NCBI GenBank assembly: GCA_905214795.1 | Contig: CAJMNM010000014.1 | Coordinates: 2,669 to 66,668 of the forward strand | Source: an uncultured bacterium | GTDB lineage: Bacteria; Bacteroidota; Bacteroidia; Bacteroidales; Bacteroidaceae | Direction: 5' to 3' | Length of the DNA: 64,000 nucleotides | In this document: positions 20,572 to 30,662 of the stretch, piece after piece | Numbering within the stretch: the first letter of the stretch is position 1 | How the letters are laid out: each line of letters starts with the position of its first letter | The notes under the pieces: generated by a model | Database searches by the model: none | What the model saw: only the letters and a program-made list of their open reading frames with translations | Told to the model about the DNA's origin: nothing | Made by a program: the position numbers and the translations under genes

Positions 20572-23500
20572 ATGGTAAAAAGAAGATTGACCGCTTTCAG
20601 AACCTTTCTGTTGCCTTTTTTGCTTGTACCCACAATCTGGGTGACTGCCAAGGACAGAGAAGAGAGGAAAAAGCAAAAGATGGAGCAGGCTATCTCCGCT
20701 TTGCCAGACACTGCCTATGCTAGTGTGCGCAAAGAAGATTTGTTGAATGATGAAGTGTATATCAAATTGGCTCGTGACGGATGGAATGCACAGGAGATAT
20801 CGCGCATCATGAATCGTTATCTGAAACAGAACCGCAGCCGGGTACGCGGTTCGTTTGAGTATGGTATGTATGCAAAGCAGTGGTTGCCGACTTACGGGCA
20901 TACTCCGGGATCAGATACGATTTATCAGTTTGTGGATACTACATATAACGAGACTGCAATAAAAAGTGCCCGAAGGCTTTTTTCCCGTGAGTTGGCGGCT
21001 TATTATGAACCGATACCCTATACACCTGATGACAGAATGAGCGGTATACGTAATACCGGTTATTTCCGCCCCGTATTACAGAAACCCAATACGGGACGTA
21101 TTCACTGGATTGTGGTTCATCCAACTGATCCCGATGCCTTGATGGTGGTACCCGACGGTGCCGGTATATTCCGTACGTCAGATTTGGGACAGACCTGGGA
21201 CTGTGTGACAGATCGCATACCGGACCGTGAGTTTAGAAAAATATGTTATCATTCGGCAATACCTGTTGATCCGGATGACTGGAATCACTTTTTTGCTTTC
21301 ATGAAAAACGGTAATGCCACAGCTGTGTATGAGACAACAGATGGTGGACAAAGCTGGATACGTGTAGAGGGCGCTACTCATAAATCGTTCAAACGTGGAT
21401 ACGGTTTCCGTGATTCCAAAGGACAGATGAAATTTATTGGAGCCGTGCAGGACGGAGGCAACTATCTGAACAATCAGTTGTGGATGAGTGACGATAAAGG
21501 TGTGAGCTGGAAGCGTATCACTTTGCCTGAAACGTTGAAGGAAACTCATCCTGAGAGTGGTGCGAAAGGTGCTTTTTTCCAGAATTTTGCGTTCCATCCC
21601 ACAAATCGTGATATGGTTTACTTACCCACATCAAGAAGTATTTATTACTTTGATGACGGTGTGGAGCCTCAGACAGGTACCGACGGACAGACAACCTTTA
21701 ACATCAAACGTATGACTTTTGATGTATACAATCAGGATGGTACAGAACTGCGTGCCAGCCAGGTGCAGGAGTTCCCGTATAAGGCGACTTCTCAGGGATT
21801 TTTGGAAATTAATCCAGATAATCCGCTCCAGATGTGGTTTGCTTCTGCTTCGCGTAACGTGAGTTATGGTGTCTACTCTGCGGTTTACCGTTCGGATGAT
21901 GGTGGAAAGACATGGTTGACGTTGCAGGAGCCGAAGAACGGTATCGGTAGCGGACTGGCTTTCGGTAATGAGTCGCCGTGGGGATGGCTTGGTGGGTTTG
22001 GTGTGAATTTTAAAGATCCGCAATGGCTTTACGGATGTTCGATGAGTTCGGCTATCAGTAGTGACGGTGGACATACATTTAAGGAATATGGATGGGGAAA
22101 CCGTTTGAAGGCTTTGGCTGACGACGGTAATTATTATGTGACAACCAGTGCGCGTCATAATGCAGACAATCATTGCATCGTGTCTCACAGAAGCGGGCGT
22201 GTGTTCCGTGGTTCTGATGCAGGATTATTGGTAAAGGATAAGGCGATTAACAATCATGAATGGACAAACATAAACGGTATGATGGGTAATCAGTTACATT
22301 ATTCCATCAAGGTGAACGAGTTTGGTGATCAGACGATGCTGGGTAATACTCAGGATGTGGATGCCCAGACTTACCGTTACGGGCGCTGGGGACACTGGCG
22401 CGGATATGAAGGAACAGAAGCCTTTATCAACCCGTATGCCGGAACGTGTTATTATTCCGGTAGCGGTGGTGGTAGTCTCGATGGTATATCGCTTAGCTCA
22501 TGGTATGAGGGATATACCATGGCTGATGTATGCACAGGCTATTGGTATCTTATTCACCGTCAAGGCAGTGATGCGCAGTCTTTTTTCCGTGTAGAAGATT
22601 TTGGAGGGAAGGCGATCAACCTGTCTGATCGTACAAAAGATGTTTCTGGTGCGGGAACAGGAGCAAGAGATTTTGCTCTTACACGTGAGGGTGGCCGTCC
22701 GGTATTGTTTGTGTTGAATGCGAACAATACGATAGTACGTTCAACAGATAATGGTAATACTTTTGAGACCGTAATGGTTAAAAGTGGCGGTAACATGGTG
22801 CCGGCAAAGTTTAGCGGAGCATGGATTGCAACCGATCCTAATCGTAGCGATATAATTTATATCGGACAGACAGGTAAAGTATTGAAATATGATTTGAATA
22901 CAGGCGAGCAGGAGAATCTGTCCGAAGGATTGCCTTCTGTGTCATGTGATGATTTGATTTTCCATGAAGGAACGGGCGATTTGTATTTCTTCAGTAATTG
23001 GGGAGGCATATATTTACGTGACCATGCAACCGGCCAGTGGAACCTGTGGATGACAGGTTATAATCCTCTTGCTGCAAAGCGTGTTGCCTTGAATTATACC
23101 ACCCAGGAAATGGTGTTGGGTGATTATGGCCGAGGAGTATGGGTTGCCGATTTGGAACATCCGGCAGACCGTTATTTCAGTGACGGATTTAAGCTGAGAC
23201 AGTTGTCGGCTGTTAACGGACGACGTACGTTAGGCATTGATACCGAGTGGACCATTCCTTTGTATTACAATTATACATGGACTGTCAATGGCAGTGATGT
23301 GGATAATCCTTATCAGTATCTGACACGTGATTTGAAGGCCGGTGACAGAGTGCGTTTAAAACTAACCCTGCGTGAGTCGCCCGATGTGAGTACGCTGTCT
23401 GAGGAATTCATTGTGCCGCAGGTTGCGGAGGAAATAGCTTATGCGCCGGTGCCGGGTAATGCACTTTACAGTGACGGCAGCGGACGTGTGGATTTGGGAT

Positions 23501-26500
23501 ATGTGGATTACTTTTTCAATGACTTTACGCTTGATTTATGGGTAAAACCGGAGACTAACGGTGTGGTTATCTGCAATCGTCCGGTAGAGCTTCAGAAAGA
23601 TACGCGTGGTTGGGCGTTGATGGTCGATCAGGGTGTCTTGAAATTCCGTTATGCACCGGCACAGTTGTTCGAGCGTGCGACCTATGACGCGACAGATGCA
23701 CAACAGACAGATTTGTCTGGCGGAGCAGTAACATTAGGGCAATGGATGCATGTGGCTGTAAGTCAGGATCGCGATGGCCAGGTTAGTCTCTATGTCAATG
23801 GAGAATTGAAAGCTTCTTCGACACGTATTGTACAGTGGGCACCGCTTAACAGTGCTGTTTATCTCTCGCTTTTTGCTGACGGGTTTGAACGTATGCCGAT
23901 GAAAGGCTGTGTGGATGAATTGAAAATATGGAACCGTGCATTGAACAGTAATGACGTGCGTCGTGCGATGTTTTCACATGTGACATCAGATGTCTCGGCA
24001 CTGGTTTATTATAATGACTTTAATGTGGGAAAACTGGATGAGGAAAGGGAAATGTTTTCACGTGCGGGAATGAAACCCCGTACTCAGGCGGTGACATCTG
24101 CAGTGGTGATGCCTGTGGCCGTTGGTGCGACAGTAGCAGAGGTGAAGATGCCTTCTGGACGTACGGCTTATGATGCTGGAAATTCGGATGTGTTCTATCT
24201 GACTCCGTCTGCTGAGATGTCGTCAGAGGTGGGTATCTATCGTTATACTCGTCTCAGTCCGGATAATATGGGTATAGATTCACGTTACTTTGTGCCGGCT
24301 TCGGATGTTTTCCAGATCCGGACGTTCGGTAACAGTGGTGAAACGACTGCTGATATTGAGTTACCGTTCCAGACTGTGACGGGATATCAGTACAAATTAT
24401 ATGCCTGTGGATTGTATGACGGACTGAATATCTGGCAGAAAGTTGCGGATGTCACTGTGAGTCAGGATGGAAATACCATGATAGTAAAAGGCGTGAAACT
24501 GGCACGTATACAGGATAGACTGTTGGTTGTATTACAGAACAAACCGGCCGTGGAGTCTACGGTTTCCGGTGCGACGGATGGTCATGAAATTGTGGTTTAT
24601 CATCCGAGTCAGACTGATTATGAGATTTCTGCGGGGCTGGTTGGCGGGCTTGAAGAGCCGACCGGAATTTATGAAATCATGTCGGAGACCGGATTGTTCA
24701 AAGTTGCCGATCAGATGAAGTTCGTAAACGGCAAGGCTGTGGCTCGTCTGACGCTGGATATTGACCGGCTTGAGGGTGAGACCACGTTGCAAGATACCAT
24801 TGTCGGTAAGAATGATAGCAAAATGATACCGTTGCCGTTGACAGTACGTAACAGAATGTTACCCGAGGGTAGTGGCAAAGTTTTGACGATTCAAGGTGGT
24901 GGTGCGGCTGCTGTATCGAATACATCGATTATCAATGCTTTGAACGGTAGCAAGACCGTGACCATGATGGGATGGGTCCGTTTGGATGATAAAGCCATGC
25001 TGAGTGGTGTGAGGCCATTGTTCTTCTTCCGTGGTAGTAATGGAGGTGTTTGCGGCTTGCATTTGACCGATGGTAATGTACGTTTCCATTGGAATGACGG
25101 GTTCTATGCCTGGTCATCTAACCTGAATATAACAACAAATGATTTAGGACGGTGGATGCATTTGGCTTTTGTGGCTTCGCCAGACGGGTTCAGTGTTTAT
25201 CTCAATGGTGCGGAATATTATCGTACACGTCAGATAGAAGCAGCCAAGATTAATTCTGTGTTTATGCTCGGACAGAATTATACCAGCGACAGGTGGTTTA
25301 AGGGGGCTTTTGATCAGGTTTCGCTATGGAACCGTTCGCTCAGTTCTGACGAGATAAGATATTATATGACAGATAATCCGCGACTGGATGATAACGGACT
25401 GGTTGCATATTTTGATATGGATGGTAAGGATGATAAAGGCGCGCTTTGCGACCGTGTCACCGGTGCGGCTTTGACGCTATACGGACAGACTTCAAACGAA
25501 GAATTCTCTCATATGCCATATCATCCCGAAAAGACTTTCAGTCAGAACGGTACACCGGAGGCTTCACAGGAAATCAGCCTTGAAGGAACAACTGCAACCT
25601 TTAAATTTGCGTTGATGAACGGGGCGTCGTATAATTATGTTCATCCAGACCACAGTTCGCTCAATCCATTATTGACGGCACACTATGCGATTATTCCGTC
25701 AAAGACGGCGGTGTTCTCTGCCGGTCAGAAAGTGACGGTGAATTTCAATATGCCGTTGGCGGCAGTAAACAGTGGCGCTGTGCTGGCTTTGCGTCCGTTG
25801 GGCTCGGAAGAACCGTTTGACAGCTTTGTAGAGATGGAAAGTGTAGAGAACGGTCGGATGAAGTTCAGTGTGGATGCTACCCGTTTCAACGGAGCAAATG
25901 AGATGATGCTCATGTATGATGCAACGGCTGGAGAACGTCCGGTAAAGGTAACTCTTTCAGCTGCTCAGTATGCCGAGGGAGATACTATATTCTTGGATGA
26001 GACGACAGATCGAATCCGGGTCAATAGCCGTGTGCTCAGTGCAAATCCGGGCAGTGAAGTGATTCTGTCGGTTGTGGAGAGCGACTATGCACACGCAGAT
26101 GTGGATACGTTGGATGTTGTCGGAACGGCCGGACAAACCATCACTGTGACGATAGACAAGAGCCGTCTTGATAAATTTGCGGTTAATCCGGTGACATTAC
26201 GTCTTTCGGGTGTCAGTGAGCCGGTTGAACTTAAGCTGCTTGTTGCTTTGGAACCGATAGTCAAGCTTTCTCTGGCTGATGATGAGGACGGCACTCAGAC
26301 TGTTGTGGCCACAGACCCGTATGCAAGCTTTGGTGTAAAGTCGGAACTGTTGCAAGGTGTGTTGCGTGGCAATCTGAATATAAAAGTGGTTGCGGATATG
26401 CCGACACAGACCAATACAGCACTTGGCTCATTGTTGAGTAACAACAGTGTGTCATTGACGGATAATCTTTCTTACTATACTGGACGTGATGAACTGGACG

Positions 26501-27459
26501 AAGGCTGGAATCTGGTGGGTAATCCTTATTTGGCAAATATAAATCTGACAAAAGAGCACAATGTGAATCTGCATGAGGATGAGATTGTGAAGTATCTCTA
26601 TCAGTATAATCCGGAGAGTGATACTTATACTGCGTGGGATATGGTAGAGAATTATGATGAGACACAGCGTCTGATGCCTTTCCAACCGTTCTTTGTACAG
26701 ACTTTGCAGGAAGGTGCCCGGCTGACAATCATGCCTGAGGCTAAGAGTACGACGATTAACCGGCGTGTGTTTGATCATTACATGTTGCATGAAAGCAAGA
26801 TGTTACGTTTGGGACTCTATTTGGAGAACGGAACTCAGGCCGACCGTACGGAAGTGAAGGTGCAGGATGGTACGAATCCGGATTTTGTGCTTGGCGAGGA
26901 TGCTATCAAGATGTGGGGAGGACTTAATGCCAAATCTAATGAGATGGCTACAGTCTGCGGCAATCGTTATATGGCGGTGAATGTACAGCCGGAAAAGAAA
27001 GTGGAATTACCCCTTTATCTTCGTCTTTCTGCTACCGGTAAATTCCGTATAGCGATGTTGGATACCTATGGATACGGGTTGGCAGACAAGGCCTTCTTGA
27101 AGGATAAACTTACAGGTACGGTATGGAATCTGCTTGATGGTGACGGTTATGAGTTTACGGTGAATGAGACTACCGCTGCTGCCGACCGTTTTGTACTGAT
27201 AATAGATGTCGCAGGTTCGGCCGATCAGGTCGGTGCGGTCGAGAGCAACCGTCCTCAGGTCATAGCCGGTAACGGCCAGTGTCGTATTGACGGTCTGACT
27301 GGACGTGCAACAGTTGAAGTGTTTGATGCTTCCGGTCGCAGGGTGGTATATGAAACCACAGACAAAGAGAGCCTGACATGTACTTTGCATAGCGGAAATT
27401 ATGTTGTGCGTGTACGGATGTCTAATAAAGATTATTCAACCAAGATTAATATCAGATAA
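20572..27459 (+). CDS. Giant secreted protein: Asp-box (BNR/VPS10/GH74-like) beta-propeller region, two LamG-like domains, T9SS-type CTD
   Basis: Start set at MVKRRL (20572). Asp-boxes SDLGQTW, TDGGQSW, SDDKGVSW, SDDGGKTW, SDGGHTF, TDNGNTF; LamG motifs FTLDLWVK..WMHVAV..LYVNG..VDELKIWNRAL and WMHLAFV..VYLNG..FDQVSLWNRSL; GWNLVGNPY; CTD VFDASGR..GNYVVRV..KINIR. Confidence 0.85.
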   Translation: MVKRRLTAFRTFLLPFLLVPTIWVTAKDREERKKQKMEQAISALPDTAYASVRKEDLLNDEVYIKLARDGWNAQEISRIMNRYLKQNRSRVRGSFEYGMYAKQWLPTYGHTPGSDTIYQFVDTTYNETAIKSARRLFSRELAAYYEPIPYTPDDRMSGIRNTGYFRPVLQKPNTGRIHWIVVHPTDPDALMVVPDGAGIFRTSDLGQTWDCVTDRIPDREFRKICYHSAIPVDPDDWNHFFAFMKNGNATAVYETTDGGQSWIRVEGATHKSFKRGYGFRDSKGQMKFIGAVQDGGNYLNNQLWMSDDKGVSWKRITLPETLKETHPESGAKGAFFQNFAFHPTNRDMVYLPTSRSIYYFDDGVEPQTGTDGQTTFNIKRMTFDVYNQDGTELRASQVQEFPYKATSQGFLEINPDNPLQMWFASASRNVSYGVYSAVYRSDDGGKTWLTLQEPKNGIGSGLAFGNESPWGWLGGFGVNFKDPQWLYGCSMSSAISSDGGHTFKEYGWGNRLKALADDGNYYVTTSARHNADNHCIVSHRSGRVFRGSDAGLLVKDKAINNHEWTNINGMMGNQLHYSIKVNEFGDQTMLGNTQDVDAQTYRYGRWGHWRGYEGTEAFINPYAGTCYYSGSGGGSLDGISLSSWYEGYTMADVCTGYWYLIHRQGSDAQSFFRVEDFGGKAINLSDRTKDVSGAGTGARDFALTREGGRPVLFVLNANNTIVRSTDNGNTFETVMVKSGGNMVPAKFSGAWIATDPNRSDIIYIGQTGKVLKYDLNTGEQENLSEGLPSVSCDDLIFHEGTGDLYFFSNWGGIYLRDHATGQWNLWMTGYNPLAAKRVALNYTTQEMVLGDYGRGVWVADLEHPADRYFSDGFKLRQLSAVNGRRTLGIDTEWTIPLYYNYTWTVNGSDVDNPYQYLTRDLKAGDRVRLKLTLRESPDVSTLSEEFIVPQVAEEIAYAPVPGNALYSDGSGRVDLGYVDYFFNDFTLDLWVKPETNGVVICNRPVELQKDTRGWALMVDQGVLKFRYAPAQLFERATYDATDAQQTDLSGGAVTLGQWMHVAVSQDRDGQVSLYVNGELKASSTRIVQWAPLNSAVYLSLFADGFERMPMKGCVDELKIWNRALNSNDVRRAMFSHVTSDVSALVYYNDFNVGKLDEEREMFSRAGMKPRTQAVTSAVVMPVAVGATVAEVKMPSGRTAYDAGNSDVFYLTPSAEMSSEVGIYRYTRLSPDNMGIDSRYFVPASDVFQIRTFGNSGETTADIELPFQTVTGYQYKLYACGLYDGLNIWQKVADVTVSQDGNTMIVKGVKLARIQDRLLVVLQNKPAVESTVSGATDGHEIVVYHPSQTDYEISAGLVGGLEEPTGIYEIMSETGLFKVADQMKFVNGKAVARLTLDIDRLEGETTLQDTIVGKNDSKMIPLPLTVRNRMLPEGSGKVLTIQGGGAAAVSNTSIINALNGSKTVTMMGWVRLDDKAMLSGVRPLFFFRGSNGGVCGLHLTDGNVRFHWNDGFYAWSSNLNITTNDLGRWMHLAFVASPDGFSVYLNGAEYYRTRQIEAAKINSVFMLGQNYTSDRWFKGAFDQVSLWNRSLSSDEIRYYMTDNPRLDDNGLVAYFDMDGKDDKGALCDRVTGAALTLYGQTSNEEFSHMPYHPEKTFSQNGTPEASQEISLEGTTATFKFALMNGASYNYVHPDHSSLNPLLTAHYAIIPSKTAVFSAGQKVTVNFNMPLAAVNSGAVLALRPLGSEEPFDSFVEMESVENGRMKFSVDATRFNGANEMMLMYDATAGERPVKVTLSAAQYAEGDTIFLDETTDRIRVNSRVLSANPGSEVILSVVESDYAHADVDTLDVVGTAGQTITVTIDKSRLDKFAVNPVTLRLSGVSEPVELKLLVALEPIVKLSLADDEDGTQTVVATDPYASFGVKSELLQGVLRGNLNIKVVADMPTQTNTALGSLLSNNSVSLTDNLSYYTGRDELDEGWNLVGNPYLANINLTKEHNVNLHEDEIVKYLYQYNPESDTYTAWDMVENYDETQRLMPFQPFFVQTLQEGARLTIMPEAKSTTINRRVFDHYMLHESKMLRLGLYLENGTQADRTEVKVQDGTNPDFVLGEDAIKMWGGLNAKSNEMATVCGNRYMAVNVQPEKKVELPLYLRLSATGKFRIAMLDTYGYGLADKAFLKDKLTGTVWNLLDGDGYEFTVNETTAAADRFVLIIDVAGSADQVGAVESNRPQVIAGNGQCRIDGLTGRATVEVFDASGRRVVYETTDKESLTCTLHSGNYVVRVRMSNKDYSTKINIR

Positions 27460-27470
27460 ATCTCAGAGTA

Positions 27471-29414
27471 ATGAAAACAAGATTGATTATCATAATAATG
27501 GCTATCTGGTGCACGGCTTCGGCCGGTGCACAGAGCCTGAAATTGGACGGACTTCTTTTACCGGCTGACGGTTCTACGACAGGACGTATGGTCGCTGTTC
27601 ATCTTGATGCGGGAAGCCAGACGCTGCAGACATTAAAAGTGGTGGCTTACAGTCTCTATAACGGGCAAAACACTGAATCCGCCGATTATATTGATTTCGG
27701 GAATGGTCTTTACACATTGTCTCTTCCCCAGACTACTGGTGAGTGTGCATATCAGGTCTGTGCGGTTCTGGCTGACGGTACACAGCTTAAGACGGAGATG
27801 ATAGAACTCGACGGTGTATCACGGTTCCGTTGGATAGGTTCGGATGTGAAATGGACATCTTATACAACCGGTTATGCTCCTGATACGCCACGTGTTGACG
27901 GCAGCATTGATTACAAGACCAATCCTTTCAATGTGGGCGGTATAAGTTTTTACAAGAGTTTCAGTACGCATGGTAAGGGGAGTTTTACTTTCCGTTTTGA
28001 AGAAGGTAATCCTTACAGTCGCTTCTATACGCATTATGGTATACAGGATAATAAGGATAAGGGAGACGTGCGTTTTTCATTTAAGGTAAACGGTGAACTC
28101 AAAGAAACTCACGACATGTATTCGAAAACCAATGCGGTAAAACCGGCTGATGGCATTTATCTGCGTACTTTCGAGACACCTATTGACGGTGAGACGACCA
28201 TTGAACTTATAGGTGATGTTATCGATGACTATACTCACGATCATATGAATTTCCCTATGGGGCGCGTTTATCTGAAGCCGGATACCCGTAGTCAGCAGAC
28301 CTCAACATGGCCGGCTACAGCCATCTTGGCGGCAGACAGTCCGTTTGAACAAGTCCTGAAGGCTGAGTTTTCCTCAGGCGGAACGGTGTATTATCGAATC
28401 GTTTCTGGTGAAGAATACGCTACACTTGACGGCGACCGTCTGAACGTTCATACCATCCCGTTTGATAAATCGGCATACATAGAGGTGGAGGCCTTTCAAC
28501 CGGGAACGGATGACTATCTGCCTGGTCCGGTTTACCGTTGCAAGTTCTATGTACGCAATAACAAGGTGGTGCCTAAAGATGGCAAACTGATATTAACAGA
28601 CGGCGATGAGTTGGATGAACTGACTGTCTATGCCGATCCTACCTCATGTGGACAGGTTCTGGTCGATAACGGAATGGTCAGTGTCAAGCGCTTGGTCTTG
28701 AAATATACGTTTGTACCGGGTAAATGGAATTTTATTTCATTCCCCGCAAATCTGAATATTGACAAAGTAAGTAATCTCAATGAATTGGGTTATGCTTATA
28801 ACAGCGGTTCAAAAGCTTACTACATTCGCAGGTATAGTACGCGTTTGCGTGCCGAACAGCCTGAAAAGACCGCATGGGAGAAACTGCTCACACCGCAGGT
28901 AATCCGCAATCAGGGTTATATAATGGGTGTTTCCCGTTCGGCTGACAACCCTGATAACACTCCGGTCGAGGTGACTTTTGTGCTCGACAATGTCTCTTTA
29001 GGAATGGATGCGGACATGGGAGGTAGTATGAACGTGACGTTGAACCTGATGCAGGTGGATCCGGGTACAGAGGTTCCGGTATACGTGATGCCCGATGGTG
29101 TCAAAGGGGCTCCTTTAAAGGTTATGGTACGTTTCTCGCCGTCCGACCGTTCGGTATTGCCGATGAATTATGCGGCAGCTTTGGATGAAATGCGTGTTAC
29201 TTTCAATCCAAACCGTTCGGGAATCCGACTTACATTGCCTACTGAGGAGAAGGCCCGTGTGGTTATCTTCGACCAGAAGTGTCATATTGTTAAGGCGGTT
29301 AATTACGAATCACCGTATCTTATAGATATCCGTGATCTTAAACCGGGAAATTATACGCTGCATGTCAGCTATGGTAATGCCACAACGACTTGTCCGCTGG
29401 AGATTACAAAATAA
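27471..29414 (+). CDS. Secreted NPCBM/NEW2-domain protein with T9SS-type CTD
   Basis: Signal peptide; KSFSTHG..YSRFYTHYGIQD..GDVRFSFKVNGE (NPCBM-like); KWNFISFP; C-terminal IDIRDLKPGNYTLHV. Starts 11 nt after the giant gene. Confidence 0.7.
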   Translation: MKTRLIIIIMAIWCTASAGAQSLKLDGLLLPADGSTTGRMVAVHLDAGSQTLQTLKVVAYSLYNGQNTESADYIDFGNGLYTLSLPQTTGECAYQVCAVLADGTQLKTEMIELDGVSRFRWIGSDVKWTSYTTGYAPDTPRVDGSIDYKTNPFNVGGISFYKSFSTHGKGSFTFRFEEGNPYSRFYTHYGIQDNKDKGDVRFSFKVNGELKETHDMYSKTNAVKPADGIYLRTFETPIDGETTIELIGDVIDDYTHDHMNFPMGRVYLKPDTRSQQTSTWPATAILAADSPFEQVLKAEFSSGGTVYYRIVSGEEYATLDGDRLNVHTIPFDKSAYIEVEAFQPGTDDYLPGPVYRCKFYVRNNKVVPKDGKLILTDGDELDELTVYADPTSCGQVLVDNGMVSVKRLVLKYTFVPGKWNFISFPANLNIDKVSNLNELGYAYNSGSKAYYIRRYSTRLRAEQPEKTAWEKLLTPQVIRNQGYIMGVSRSADNPDNTPVEVTFVLDNVSLGMDADMGGSMNVTLNLMQVDPGTEVPVYVMPDGVKGAPLKVMVRFSPSDRSVLPMNYAAALDEMRVTFNPNRSGIRLTLPTEEKARVVIFDQKCHIVKAVNYESPYLIDIRDLKPGNYTLHVSYGNATTTCPLEITK

Positions 29415-29478
29415 AAGTTTGATATTTCCTTGGCGTTATGTTGCTCTTTAATGAGCATACGCCGGGTAACGGAGTACT

Positions 29479-29531
29479 AAATATGAAAACGGGATATGCT
29501 GTTTATTTGAGCATATCCCGTTTCCATATTT
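29479..29531. terminator. Bidirectional terminator
   Basis: AAATATG.AAACGGGATATGCT / AGCATATCCCGTTT.CATATTT stem between convergent genes. Confidence 0.75.
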
Positions 29532-29624
29532 GATAATTATCCGCTTCTGAAACAACGTCGCTTTCCCTGTGTTACATTTTGTTTAAAGTAGGGGAGGGCT
29601 GTTTTTCTGATTGTCTGTACTGGT

Positions 29625-30614
29625 TTATAAACGGTATTCTTCTCCCACCTTCAGTTCATCACCCGACAGGTCGATTCGGAACAGATGAGGCGTTCTGAGA
29701 TATACGCCTTTTTTGTTTTTATGGCTGTGTACCGACATGAGCCATACACCGTCAAAGGTCTTGAATATCATGCCGTGTCCGAAGTTGGGTGGGGTGATGG
29801 GTGTTTTCTGTTGTATCCAGGGACCGTCCAAAGTGCCGCTTTCAGAATAGGCCACTCCCTGCGTGTATTTGTCGAAAATCCAACTGGTCCATATCATGCC
29901 AAGACGTCCGGTGGCTGTTTTAAACAGATACGGACCGTCGGTCACCTGATTGGGTTCTGTCTTTAAGCACTTCTTACGTCGCTTGCTCCACGGACTGTCA
30001 CTGGCTCTGAATAAGATCTGTGCCTGGCCGTCTGTGCCGCTTAAATCGGCTTTTAACGGTATCTTTTCAACAGTACCGTTGTCGTTCTGTATCCATTCGT
30101 GACAATATACCATGTATGGCTTTCCGTCTGTATCCGTCCACAGGGTGCCGTCGAGTGTTGACATTCCGGCAGGCAGATAAACGGAATCGCCGAATGCCTT
30201 GTAAGGGCCGTCCGGTGTATCGCTTTCCAATACATGACAGGCCCGTCGTTCAATAGGGCGGTCGTTGACATTGTCGATGATTGTCGACTTGTTGGTAAAT
30301 GTAGCGAAATAATAATATTTGCCGTTGTATTGATGCAGTTCTGCAGCCCAGATTTCCGGGTTGCTGCCCATCCATGCCACGTTGTGGGTATCAGTCACGT
30401 CGTACGGACCGTTCCACATCTTTAAATCCTTGCTTTTCCATAATTTTCCGCCGGTGCCCGTCATGTAATAAGTCTGTGTGGCCGAATCCGCCAAGATACA
30501 CGGGTCACTCAGCTGGATGTCATAAATATATTGTGGGGGCGGTTCTGTTTGTCCGCTTACAGGCAGAGCCAGTCCCATAATCAGGCCCAAAAGCGGTAAA
30601 AAGAGTTTTGTCAT
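29625..30614 (-). CDS. GH43 family glycoside hydrolase
   Basis: LSDPCI (base), IWAAELH, LDGTL, TDGPYL, FGHGM; five-blade propeller pattern; signal peptide. Confidence 0.88.
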   Translation of the reverse strand: MTKLFLPLLGLIMGLALPVSGQTEPPPQYIYDIQLSDPCILADSATQTYYMTGTGGKLWKSKDLKMWNGPYDVTDTHNVAWMGSNPEIWAAELHQYNGKYYYFATFTNKSTIIDNVNDRPIERRACHVLESDTPDGPYKAFGDSVYLPAGMSTLDGTLWTDTDGKPYMVYCHEWIQNDNGTVEKIPLKADLSGTDGQAQILFRASDSPWSKRRKKCLKTEPNQVTDGPYLFKTATGRLGMIWTSWIFDKYTQGVAYSESGTLDGPWIQQKTPITPPNFGHGMIFKTFDGVWLMSVHSHKNKKGVYLRTPHLFRIDLSGDELKVGEEYRL

Positions 30615-30662
30615 TTTGATAGTTGTTTGATGTGATAAAAGTTTTTGTTATACTCTCAATGT

